Source of the DNA: an uncultured Bacteroidia bacterium
Lineage (GTDB): Bacteria > Bacteroidota > Bacteroidia > NS11-12g > UBA9320
Length of the DNA: 64,000 nt
Direction: 5' to 3'
Assembly: GCA_943789165.1 (NCBI GenBank)
Contig: CALSTB010000001.1
Span: 209,113 to 273,112 of the forward strand
Below the pieces are notes generated by a model that worked only from the letters and a program-made list of their open reading frames with translations, was not told the DNA's origin and made no database searches. Positions within the stretch are counted from its first letter, which is position 1, and every line of letters begins with the position of its first letter. This document shows positions 28,564 to 39,318 of the stretch, in pieces. The position numbers and the translations under genes were made by a program.

Positions 28564-28652
28564 CTCTGGGTGATTTAAAGGGTTATAAATATATTAAAAC
28601 CTCTCTCTTAAATCTTTACCCTTAATAGTTCACTTTTTGCTGACGGTATACA

Positions 28653-28903
28653 CTTAGTTCAGTAGATTCCTTTATTATAATGTTGTGGTCATTGACACCA
28701 AAAGACCAGTCCACTGAGTCAATGAAATTTGGCAAACTCAGTATAAAGGAGTCTCCATGGCACAGGGGGACGTCACTAATTGTTTTGAAAAAATCAATTA
28801 ATTTCTGTGTTTTCATCTCACAGCTATCACAGGCTTTAAATCCAACAATAATTCTTTTGGTTTGAAAACTGCAATCACCATAGGAATAAGTGACATAATA
28901 CAA
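28653..28903 (-). pseudogene. hypothetical Cys-rich protein fragment, 3' end replaced by the IS terminus
   Basis: The ORF reads into the IS left end (the last ~10 residues are IS-encoded). It resembles the C-terminal Cys-containing domain of the upstream 381-aa protein. Confidence 0.3.
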
Positions 28904-28948
28904 TCCAGCAGAATTGATAACTATTGAATCTTTGGTTGACCCTGTACT

Positions 28949-30082
28949 CTATCTTATATCCCAATTGGATATTGTAGGTACTCCAATTTTAATGGAGTCT
29001 ACTTCACACAATATTGTATCGTTGGCAATTAACAAATTAGTCGTATCTATTGATTCAAAGTGAGACCTACAAGTGTCACAAATCTTTATACCAATCGTAA
29101 ATGTGTCACTAGTGAATACACAAGATTCAACCTGTATGGAACCAAAATATTTGCCAGGACTCTTGATTTTTTTTACTCCAGAGCTGCCATCAAACCATAC
29201 AAAGTTTGGATATTTGGATGGGCTTATTTCAATTGAATCGCCTTTACAAATCATTGTGTCATTATGTAAATCGATATTAAAAATTTCATTATGGTTAAAA
29301 GAAGTTAATGCTGTAGACGTCCCGTTGAACCCAGTGTAATTTAGGTCTTGAACGTAGTCAAATGTCTTAGTTGAAGCCCTTAAATCTAGTTCATAAAGTT
29401 TTTTTGCCTCTTCCACATAGACCTTGTCATTAATAACGGTTAGTTCTTGGAAATTCATGAAACTGTTATCGAAATAAATATAAGTCTCCGCACTAGATGG
29501 ACCTAAAGTCGCCAAATCAAATGAAAATAATGTTGTGTAACTCGGAGAAACATTATTGTCTGAAATGATAAGAACAGAGTCGTAACACTCCATAAAATCA
29601 GCATCGCTATCTTTTGCCAGTGAAGTTCTAACTGTTGTGATTGGGGTAAATACTGCTGTGGAAACATTAATTTCAGCAATGGTCTCGGTCCAATAATCGC
29701 GATTAGTAAAGCTGACAGAAACATACGTTCTTTTGTTATACGTGCTGTAAGTAATTGCCTCACAGGAGTAAACAGATTGGCCTGTACTGGAACTAATAGC
29801 TCCAACTAAAGTTACTAGCCCTTTATGTGTTACAGTATAAAGTTTTGGTGTTGACCTAAAGTCCGTAATGATATAATAAATACAGTTGTCTGGATCATAG
29901 TCCATCGATCTCGGAGTCTCGGATGTAAACACATTTGAAGACAACGGTACATATTTTATTTTGCCATCAGATAACGAATGATAAACAAGATTATTCTCAA
30001 CAATAGCCACCATAATTGTGGTTTGGCTGAACCCTGTGATATTCAGACCAATTAGTATAAGGAAAAGAAATATTCCTTTCAT
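28949..30082 (-). CDS. hypothetical secreted protein
   Basis: Signal peptide MKGIFLFLILIGLNITGFSQ. No family recognised. Confidence 0.55.
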   Translation of the reverse strand: MKGIFLFLILIGLNITGFSQTTIMVAIVENNLVYHSLSDGKIKYVPLSSNVFTSETPRSMDYDPDNCIYYIITDFRSTPKLYTVTHKGLVTLVGAISSSTGQSVYSCEAITYSTYNKRTYVSVSFTNRDYWTETIAEINVSTAVFTPITTVRTSLAKDSDADFMECYDSVLIISDNNVSPSYTTLFSFDLATLGPSSAETYIYFDNSFMNFQELTVINDKVYVEEAKKLYELDLRASTKTFDYVQDLNYTGFNGTSTALTSFNHNEIFNIDLHNDTMICKGDSIEISPSKYPNFVWFDGSSGVKKIKSPGKYFGSIQVESCVFTSDTFTIGIKICDTCRSHFESIDTTNLLIANDTILCEVDSIKIGVPTISNWDIR

Positions 30083-30415
30083 ATTGGAAGACACAAGGAC
30101 AAAACTGGCAAGTTGTGAGAATACATATTACTATTGAAAGTTTGGTGTTTGCTAAACAAATATATCGATTTGATAATGGTTATAATTATAGTCACGATGA
30201 AACTGGTCACGATGGGATATTAAATTACTACACAAGGAGATTGACAAATGATTAAAATCGGGCAGGAGCAATTAAACAACTTTATTACCAAGTTGCTTTA
30301 AATGGGCAGGGGGAATCAGAACGTTATCGAACTTTTAAATCTGAGGTCTACAATCTATTTTGAAGAATGCGGCTTAAAATGAGGTTAGATTGCGCAACGT
30401 TTAACGTAAAATCCA

Positions 30416-33400
30416 ATGCAAAAAACTTACTTATTTATTTTACTAGCATCTTTATGCTTTCTTTCCTTTGAAACACAAGCAACCGTAATATTTGTAGACT
30501 ATAGTTCTTCGGGTACTAATACTGGTGCATCCTGGACCAATGCATTTACCACACTTCAGCCTGCCCTGAATGCAGCCTCTGCTGGGGATAGTATTTTTAT
30601 AGCTGAGGGCACATATAAACCTACGCTAGATCCCTCTTCAGGTACTGCAAGTGGGAATACCCGTGATTATGCCTTTTACCTTGATAAAGATATTAAAATA
30701 TACGGAGGGTTTGCTGGTACAGAGGCTGCATTAAGCCAACGTGATATTGGCAGTAACCCCGTAATTTTAAGTGGAGATATAGGTACATCAGGGTCAAACT
30801 CAGACAACTGCCACCATATTTTTATAACAGACGGGCTCAGCTCTGCTGCAGTGCTAGATGGGGTAACTATTACTGGAGGTAATGCAAATGCAATCAGGTT
30901 CAATAACCTATTCCGGACAAACAATTGAGAAGAAATTCGGCGGCGGTTTGTATAATTATTCTTCATCTCCTACACTTACCAATTTAACTATAAGCGGCAA
31001 TGCAGCAAGTCATGCCGGCGGCGGTTTGTATAATTATTCTTCATCTCCTACACTTACCAATGTAACTATAAGCGGCAATACAGCAGGTAGTTATAACGGC
31101 GGCGGTTTGTATAATTATTCTTCATCTCCTACACTTACCAATGTAACTATAAGCGGCAATACAGCAATTAGCGGAGGCGGAGGTATATTTAATTTTAATG
31201 GTTCATCTCCTACTATTACTAATACTATCTTCTGGGGAAACAAAACAGGGTCTTCGACTCCTACTACTAATGTAGCAGGTGCAGATATTAAGAACGCAAG
31301 TAGTTCTACAGCTATTATCACCTATTCGCTAGTACAACTAGCTAGCTCCAGCTATACTTCAGGAAATAATAATTTGCTCACCACAAATACCAATATGGTT
31401 TATGCAACAGATCCTTCATTTAACGATGCAAGTGATCCAGATGGTACTGATGATATATGGATGACGGCGGATGATGGGTTAAATATTATTAATTCTCCTG
31501 CTTACGGTGTAGGAAAAAGCTCAGGCGCTCCTTCTACCGATATTACGGGTGCTTCACGAGCGTCATCTCCATCTATGGGAGCGTATGAAGGTTTTATTAC
31601 GCGGTATTACGTAGATATTGACGCTACGGGCACCGGTGCAGGTACAAGTTGGACTAATGCCTATACAGGGCTTCAAGACGCTATAGATGCATCCTCAGTA
31701 GGGGATGAAATATGGGTCGCAGAAGGTACATATATACCCAATGTAATTCCTCAATTTCAGTTTACATCTACCGACAATAGAAATAAAACATTTGCCATAA
31801 ACAAAAATATAGCAATTTATGGTGGATTTGATGGTACTGAATCCGTCCTATCGCAAAGGGACGCTAAATTAAACATTACTGTATTAAGCGGAGATCTTGG
31901 AACTATTGGTACAGTAACAGATAATTGCTACCATGTTGTGATGACTGCTAATTTAAATTCAACTGCAATCATCGATGGATTTACAATTCAAGATGGTAAT
32001 GCAAACGGAGGTAACTATACAAATCAGTATGGTGGTAGAAACTTTGCAAGAGAACTAGGAGGGGGAATTGCTAACAATTTTTCTTCACCTACTCTTTCCA
32101 ATCTAATCATCAAAAACAATAGGGCAAAAATTGGAGCAGGTGTCAGTAACAGCGCTTCCAGTTCATATCTTATTAATTTAACTTTCGTAGACAATATTGC
32201 TACTGAAAAAGGAGGGGGAGTAGCTAATATAGCTACTGGATCTCCAAGTATTATTAATTGTGTTTTTAGTGGGAACCTAGCTGATGATTTTGGTGGTGGT
32301 ATATACTCTGAAGACTCACCTACAATAACCAATTGCACCTTTTTCAATAACAAAGCAACTACCACTTCAAAAGGCGGTGGTGGTGTATATGCAATAAATG
32401 CAGGAACTACTACGGTATCAAATTGTATATTTTTTGGAAATAAAATAGGCTCATCTACGACTAATGTTGGTTCAGATATTAAAAACGGTACTGGTCATAC
32501 AACCACTGTAGACTACAGTATGGTACAACTTGCTAGCGGAAGTTATACCTCTGGAAACACCAATGCCCTCACATCTGCAACCAATATGGTCTATAACCAA
32601 GACCCATTATTCAGCGGTCATGGTGGTCCAGATGGAGTAGATAATGTATGGATGACGGAGGATGACGGACTCAGATTAAATAGTAATAGCCCTGCAGTAG
32701 ATGCGGGACTTAATAGTGCCATAAGTGGGTATTCTACAGATATTGTAGGTACTGCTCGTGTGGTGAATACTAACGTAAATATGGGAGCTTATGAGGTTCT
32801 TTGTTCTGAAACGACTGAAACGATAACAGCAAATGTTTGTGATAGCTATACCTCTCCAAGTGGAAAGACTTGGACAACAAGCAACACGTATATGGATACC
32901 ATTGCAAATGATGCGGGTTGTGATAGTGTAATCACGGTGAACCTTACGGTTCGCGATAAGACAACAGAAACGATAACAGCAAATGTATGTGATAGCTATA
33001 CCTCTCCAAGTGGAAAAACTTGGACAACAAGCAACACGTATTCAGATACGATTCCAAACACTGCGGGTTGTGATAGTGTTATCACGGTGAACCTTACGGT
33101 TCGCGATAAGACAACAGAAACGATAACAGCAAATGTATGCGATAGCTATACCTCTCCAAGTGGAAAAACTTGGACAACAAGCAACACGTATTCAGATACG
33201 ATAGCAAACACTGCGGGTTGTGATAGTGTTATCACGGTGAACCTTACGGTTCGCGATAAGACGACTGAAACGATAACAGCAAATGTATGTGATAGCTATA
33301 CCTCTCCAAGTGGAAAAACTTGGACAACAAGCAACACGTATTCAGATACGATAGCAAACACTGCGGGTTGTGATAGTGTTATCACGGTGAACCTTACGGT

Positions 33401-36400
33401 TCGCGATAAGACGACTGAAACGATAACAGCAAATGTATGTGATAGCTATACCTCTCCAAGTGGAAAGACTTGGACAACAAGCAACACGTATATGGATACC
33501 ATTGCAAATGATGCGGGTTGTGATAGTGTAATCACGGTGAACCTTACGGTGAGATATAAGACGACAGAAACAATAACAGCAAATGTATGCGATAGCTATA
33601 CCTCTCCAAGTGGAAAAACTTGGACAACAAGCAGCACGTACATGGATACCATTCCAAATGATGCTGGTTGTGATAGTGTGATAACAGTAAACCTAACAGT
33701 GCGTAACAAGTCATTTGGATCTTTAACGGCCAATGTTTGCGATAGTTTCTTATCTCCAAGTGGAAAAACTTGGACAACAAGCAGCACGTATTTGGATACG
33801 ATAGCAAACACTGCGGGTTGTGATAGTGTTATAACGGTGAACCTTACGGTTCGATATAAGTCATTTGCAACTATTAGCCCAGATGTTTGCGATAGTTTCT
33901 TATCTCCAAGTGGAAAGACTTGGACTACGACCAACACATATTTAGATACAATTCCGAACGATGCCAATTGTGATAGCATCATTACGGTAAACTTAACGGT
34001 GCGTTACAAGTCGTTTGCAACGATAAGTGATGATGTCTGTGACAGCTATACCTCGCCAAGTGGAAAGACTTGGACTACGACCAACACATATTTAGATACC
34101 ATTCCAAACGATGCGGGTTGTGATAGTGTTATCACGGTGAACCTTACGGTGAGATATAAAAGTTCCTTCTCGTTCGCAGAAACGGTATATGAAACCTTTA
34201 CATCGCCAAGCGGAAAAACATGGACAAATTCAGGCACATATTTAGACACAATACCTAATGACGTTAATTGTGACAGCATCATAACGGTCGATTTGACTGT
34301 AATCAACAAGTTATTTGTCGATACAGATGGTTCATCAGGAACAGGAAAATCATGGGGGACTTCAATGAAAACCCTAGATGACGCCATCAAAGTAGCTAAT
34401 GCAACGGGCAATCATGCTGAAATATGGGTGCGCAAGGGCATGTATTATCCTGGCGGACAATCGAGCAGCAATCGAGATTCAGCGTTCCTAATTACCAATC
34501 CAAATGTTGAATTATTAGGAGGTTTTTCTGGAACAGAGACAGAGCCTGGTCAACGAAATCAAACGGCCAATCCAACCATATTGTGTGGAGATATCGGTAC
34601 AACAAACGATTCCTCGGATAATGCATATCACGTATTGATTATTGCACCAAACGGATCAGACATCGGACCTAATTTTAAACTAGATGGGTTAACCTTTAAA
34701 AACGGTAACGCTGACGGTAGCACTAAATATACGTATGGCAGTAGAGACGTTTACCAAACCGATGGGGGAGCAATAACGATTATGGGCAGTGGAACCACTG
34801 GTCAAGAGATTAGTCCAACGATTACCAATTGTCATTTTGAAGGAAATTATGGCGATTATGGCTCGATTTACATACGCGTGCCTAATGGTAAGTCTTTTGC
34901 AACCATTAGCCATTGTACGTTTAAAAACAACCATTCAATTTATGGCGCTATCTTTAACGATGGTCAAGCAGGTGAAGTATCTCCAAACATTGTAAACTGT
35001 GCCTTTGATGGCAACACAAGTGCCACTTCGGGTGCAGCGATATACAACTATGGTTATGGAGGCAAATGCTCTCCTACAATCACAAGTTGTGTGTTTAACA
35101 GCAACAGTGCTAGTTCAATGGGAGGAGCAATCTATAACACGGGTTATGGTGGAACATCCAATCCAGTGATCACAAACGCTACCTTCCATGCAAACGCAGC
35201 TGGTTCTCATGCAGGAGCGATGTATAGCTTTGGTAACAGCGGAACATGCCAACCTAAGGTGACCAACTCTATCTTTTACAAAAACACAAAAGGTGGAGAT
35301 GATGACCATAAGTTTAGTGAGTTCTATAACTATGCAGCGTATCCATACATAAAAAATAGTTCGATGCAACGTGCAAGCTCAACATACACAGCAAGCACAT
35401 TCAACAGCTTAAATAGTGGAACAAACAACATCTTCCAGACCAATCCAAACTTTGAGGCGATTGCCGATGGCAATGGTGCGGATGATGTTTGGAGAACAGG
35501 AGATGATGGATTGAGATTATCTTCCTCAAGTACCAACTTGTTAAACGGTGGAACCAATACAGGTGCCCCAACTGCGGATATCTTAGGAAATCAGCGTATG
35601 GGAACAACCGACATGGGTGCTTACGAGTATGTCAACTGTGGCTTAAATGTTAAACTAGCTACTTCGGTTACCACTCATACAGCAACGCAAAGTGTTGTGG
35701 ATGGTAATTTTGTATGCTACTGTAACAGCGACAATGAATTACTCTTGGCTCTTGACACCAATGGAACTGGGGCGGTGATTACACCTAGTCAGGTAAAACT
35801 ATACATTGGCAATCCATCAACCTTGAGTTACAACTCTGCTGGCGGTATGATAACCAACACGGCTGGTGGTGTGATACTAGAAAGACGTTGGGATGTGGAA
35901 CCAACGACTCAACCAACTTCTCCTGTAACGGTTCGTTACTTCTACACCAACGACAACTACGGTGACATTGTAACGGCTATGGCTGGATTAACATCGCCTA
36001 CAACCATTACTTCGCCAAGTCAACTACAGTTTTACAAGGTAACAGGCGGCTCATCGGCAACCTTCCCGAACCCACATGATACGGGTGTAACGGGTATTGT
36101 ACTGACCAACGGAACAACAGCCAGCACAACAGTGTGGGTTAATGGAACACATGGTGTACAAGACCATACAGCAGAATACCTAGTAAGCACGTTCTCCGGT
36201 GGTGGAGGCGGAGGCGGGGGTGGATCTAGCCCACTACCAGTGGAACTGATCCAGTTCGAAGCAAGCCCAGCAGCTAGTCATACAGCAGACCTTACATGGA
36301 AGACCGCATCAGAGCTAAACAACTCACATTTTGTAGTTGAACGTAGCTATGATGGTAGAGACTTCCAGGCAGCAGCAATTGTTCAAGGAAACGGGACCAC

Positions 36401-36776
36401 ACAAAACGTGATTACCTACAACCACAACGACAATACGATTGATCTAGCACAAAACACTGTGTTCTATCGATTACGTCAGGTGGACTTTGATGGCACCACG
36501 GCTTACTCACCAGTAAGACGAGTAGACTTTGAAGGCAGCATCATACCAAACAGCGTAACGCTTTATCCAAACCCAACAAAAGGAACGGTTACGGTTAGCT
36601 TTACAGACGATGAGGCTGAAAGTCATGCGATTAAAGTAATTGACAACCTCGGAAGAGAGCTGTACAAGCAAACCTTCGACGGACAAGCCATAGAGCTTGA
36701 TTTGTCGAGCCAAGCAACGGGCATCTACTTTATCATTTTAGATTCTGGTGAATCCTTTAAAGTGATTAAACAGTAG
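30416..36776 (+). pseudogene. giant T9SS-secreted right-handed beta-helix/adhesin-like protein, split by a frameshift near 30885-30928
   Basis: ORF1 (30416..30928) carries the signal peptide and the first beta-helix module. ORF2 (30882..36776) continues the same module in another frame and ends in a T9SS CTD (LYPNPTKGTVTVSF...IYFIILDSGESFKVIKQ). Confidence 0.7.
32811..34310 (+). repeat. 10 tandem 150-bp (50-aa) coding repeats inside the giant protein
   Basis: The unit TETITANVCDSYTSPSGKTWTTSNTY.DTI.N.AGCDSVITVNLTVR.K recurs at exactly 150-bp phase. The first five or six units are nearly identical at nucleotide level. Confidence 0.95.
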
Positions 36777-36815
36777 TGAGAAAGTATCGTATTACTACAC
36801 AAATACAATAAGAGA

Positions 36816-36845
36816 AGGCCATTCGTTTTACGGATGGCTTTTTTG
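36816..36845 (+). terminator. intrinsic terminator of the giant gene
   Basis: Stem aggccattcg-tttta-cggatggc followed by a T run. Confidence 0.7.
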
Positions 36846-37000
36846 TTGTTCAATTGATTTGAAAATATAAAAAGTGAAGTAAACAAGATATCGGGTTGGT
36901 GAAAGTATTTACGGATATAAGTTGGTTTAAGACCAGTAGCTAGTTACGAATACTAGTTTTATATATTACTAACGCGTAATATTATTTGTATATTCGCTTT

Positions 37001-37957
37001 ATGGAGTTCAAGCCCCTTGAATCATATCTATCTGATCCTAGTCCTTACACAAGCCGTAGACTCGTGGAACAGTTGGGTGAGGAAAAGTTTACCATTAATG
37101 ACATAGGCGTTAGTTCACGGGTGTTTACCCATTGGCGATCAAATGGGTTAATCCCTGAAATAGAGGATGGCTCATGGGTAAAACTGAACGTGTTTCAATT
37201 TATCTGGGTACAGATAATTAAAGACTTGCGTGCGTTTAACTTTTCTTTAAAGCAGATTGTCAAAGTACGCGCTTCGCTATTTGAGTCCTTCGAAGGGTTT
37301 GCTACGGCGGATTTGTTTGATAAAAAAGGAAAGATAACCAAGGTATTGCGAGCACAGCTTAAAAAGATGTTCGACAATCACCAAGAGATAATTGAAGGCT
37401 TAGAAAGTAGTTTCGAGTCGGATTCAAATTCAATAAAAGATTTCCTTGAGGCTTTTCAAATCCCATTGCTCCTATCACTTAGCTTGAACGTATTGTTCCG
37501 TGCAATGGATCACACGCTACTGATTAGGCCAGATGGTCGAGTTGATTATACTTCAGAAACGCAAGACGAGACATTGGTCAATTACTTGTCCGAGCACGAT
37601 GCGGAGTCCATCTTGGTGCTTCCACTCAAAAAGTACATTCTGGTGCTGGTATCGACAAAAAAACTAGAAGATAAAGTTGGTAATATGGCCCTGGTTACCC
37701 AAGTTGAAATGGAAGTTTTACAAGCCATGCGGCAGGGAACGCTATCCGAACTTAGAATAATTTTTGACCCCAAAGACCAACACGCAGATTTGGTGTATAC
37801 CTATAAAGGGGTTGTACCCGAAAATGAAATGAGTAAAGTTTTAGATCGTTTTCGGCATAAAAAACACGTTCAATTGTCTATGAAAACCAATGACGGTAAA
37901 ACGGTATCTTTCGAATACCAAGACCGAAAACGGGTCCATAAATTAAATGGAAATTAA
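37001..37957 (+). CDS. MerR-like HTH domain protein (copy 1)
   Basis: N-terminal FTINDIGVSSRVFTHWRSNGLI resembles a MerR-type HTH. The rest is unrecognised. The ATG at 37001 is preferred. Confidence 0.55.
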   Translation: MEFKPLESYLSDPSPYTSRRLVEQLGEEKFTINDIGVSSRVFTHWRSNGLIPEIEDGSWVKLNVFQFIWVQIIKDLRAFNFSLKQIVKVRASLFESFEGFATADLFDKKGKITKVLRAQLKKMFDNHQEIIEGLESSFESDSNSIKDFLEAFQIPLLLSLSLNVLFRAMDHTLLIRPDGRVDYTSETQDETLVNYLSEHDAESILVLPLKKYILVLVSTKKLEDKVGNMALVTQVEMEVLQAMRQGTLSELRIIFDPKDQHADLVYTYKGVVPENEMSKVLDRFRHKKHVQLSMKTNDGKTVSFEYQDRKRVHKLNGN

Positions 37958-38046
37958 TTGATAATTAATTCAGATTAATTGATAATAAACTCGGATTAAT
38001 TGATAATTAATTCAGATTAATTGATAATAAACTCGGATTAATTGAT
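37953..38046. repeat. 42-bp tandem repeat x2.2 containing five ttaattgataa(t) iterons
   Basis: The unit is attaattgataattaattcagattaattgataataaactcgg. It starts inside the stop codon region of the MerR-like gene. Confidence 0.9.
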
Positions 38047-38177
38047 TTTTAAATGGAAATTAATGGACAAAAAGAGGTGTAGATGCAGTAATGACAAGGC
38101 ATTGAAGAACTCAAGCCAATTAAATACGGGTTCATTAGAAACGGAAACACCGCTAATGGGCATACTCCAATTGAGTT

Positions 38178-38276
38178 ATGTCAGAAAAGTCAAAACAAGG
38201 ACTTACAATACAAGAATTAAAAACCTATAGCGGATTTGAAAAACTAAGTGAGAAGGAATTAAAACCCCTCTCTTAA
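38178..38276 (+). pseudogene. small ORF (MSEKSKQGLTIQELKTYSGFEKLSEKEL..), truncated by an IS scar; intact copy at 62272..62415
   Basis: Identical to the right-hand copy through codon 28, then it runs into IS left-end sequence. Confidence 0.45.
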
Positions 38277-38317
38277 ATCTTTACCCTTAATAGTTCACTT
38301 TTTGCTGACGGTATACA
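38258..38317 (-). mobile_element. solo left-end (IRL) remnant of the IS3-family type 2 element
   Basis: ttaaaacc(c)ctctcttaaatctttacccttaatagttcactttttgctgacggtataca matches 28594-28652. Confidence 0.9.
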
Positions 38318-39016
38318 TTCTTCATTTGTTAAGTACTTTATTTTCGATTCTTCCTTATCGAATTTACAGTCTTTGAATGGGAATTTATCAATGTGATTCG
38401 TATCATAAGCGTATTTTACAGCTGCATGCAACACTTTTAGATAGCCATTCATCGTACTTGGTTGATATTTGTAGCGTTTCATCATGAATTGTTTAAACCC
38501 ATCTCTCCACTCTTTATTAAGCACTTTAACTTCAATACTTGTTGTACCGAAACGTGAAAAATTAAAGTCATTTACTCGCCTTTGAACAAACTGGTATCTT
38601 TTAATTCGGATTGTACCTAAGTCACTTCTGTGTAATTCAACGTATCTATCAAATAGATCCGAAACAAGCAAATCTTTTCTTTTACCTAATCCTTTGTTGA
38701 AAAGCTTAAATTCTAATTCTGCTTTGAATTCCTTTCTCTTTGGATGTTCTACTCCGTTTATATACTGCTGAAATATGTTTTGCGTTTCAGCTTCCAACTG
38801 ATTAATTTGAGTGTTGTAGCGGTTACTTTCGATTCCAGGGCCAGATATAGATTTTGTGATGTTATTCCATCTGTTTTCTGAAACTGTTATTTTAGTTGAA
38901 AAAGTAATATCTTTCTCATTTTCCCAACTGGGAAAGATTCTTAAGAAAATTGTTCTTTTGGTTTTGTCTGATTTTGTGGCTCTTGCCACCCTTGAGATTC
39001 TTATAAATTTCTGCAT
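38318..39016 (-). pseudogene. Bacteroidetes-type tyrosine integrase, N-terminal arm-binding and SAM-like domains only; catalytic domain deleted at the IS scar
   Basis: MQKFIRISRVARATKSDKTKRTIFLRI... matches the Arm-DNA-binding plus Phage_int_SAM_5 pattern. The ORF ends in IS-derived codons, and the R..HxxR..Y catalytic region is absent. Confidence 0.7.
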
Positions 39017-39217
39017 TTTGGTTTTTTCATTTTTTGAATTATTCTAGTTGTTAAGCACGTGTTACTTTATAATACTAGTAAATGAAAAGCCATAAGTCAA
39101 GCTGTGAAACAATAAATTTTGAAAATAATTACGGTTCATAGTCTAAAAAGTGCGGTTCACAATATATTCACAGAAAGTTTGAGGTTGTTTGATGCGATTT
39201 GAATTGCCTTAAAACAA

Positions 39218-39255
39218 AAAAGCCACTCTAGTACTATGACTTGAGTGACTTTGAT
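39218..39255 (-). terminator. intrinsic terminator downstream of ftsH
   Basis: On the minus strand: agtcactc-aagtcatagtact-agagtggct followed by T6. Confidence 0.55.
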
Positions 39256-39318
39256 GTCTTTTGACTTTCGTCTATGTGATCCCTTTGGGAACCTCCTCTA
39301 TATCGTCTTTAAATATGC

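Larger units (their letters stand above)
27170..28652 (-). mobile_element. IS3-family insertion sequence, type 2, copy A
   Basis: Imperfect inverted repeats: tgtacgtcttcagcgaaagttgaact (27170->) and tgtataccgtcagcaaaaagtgaact (28652<-). orfA/orfB with an A8 slippery run. Confidence 0.9.
36593..38261. repeat. Arm B of the second inverted duplication (partner 62332..64000; extends beyond the window)
   Basis: Positions x and 100593-x correspond. The arm covers the giant-gene 3' end, terminator, MerR-like gene, iterons and the small-ORF 5' part. Confidence 0.9.

Noticed and set aside
32811-34310. Possible CRISPR array suggested by highly regular repeats; also the 42-bp iterons at 37953
   Set aside because: The units are contiguous with no unique spacers, lie in frame inside a coding sequence (150-bp units) or are only about 2 units long (42-bp), and no cas genes are present.
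33544-34411. Antisense ORFs (87, 128 and 121 aa) within the repeat region of the giant gene
   Set aside because: They are repetition artefacts of the 150-bp units on the opposite strand, and the sense frame is clearly coding.
38042-38230. 62-aa ORF (and mirror 62363..62551) starting inside the iteron array
   Set aside because: It starts within the tandem repeat, has a non-ATG start in the track, and overlaps the better-placed 47-aa ORF in a different frame. That 47-aa ORF abuts the recombinase gene.
28653-38261. Prophage interpretation of the serine-recombinase-associated block
   Set aside because: No capsid, terminase, portal or tail genes are present. The visible content is surface or T9SS proteins and a regulator-like gene, so it is better described as an integrative island of unknown extent.
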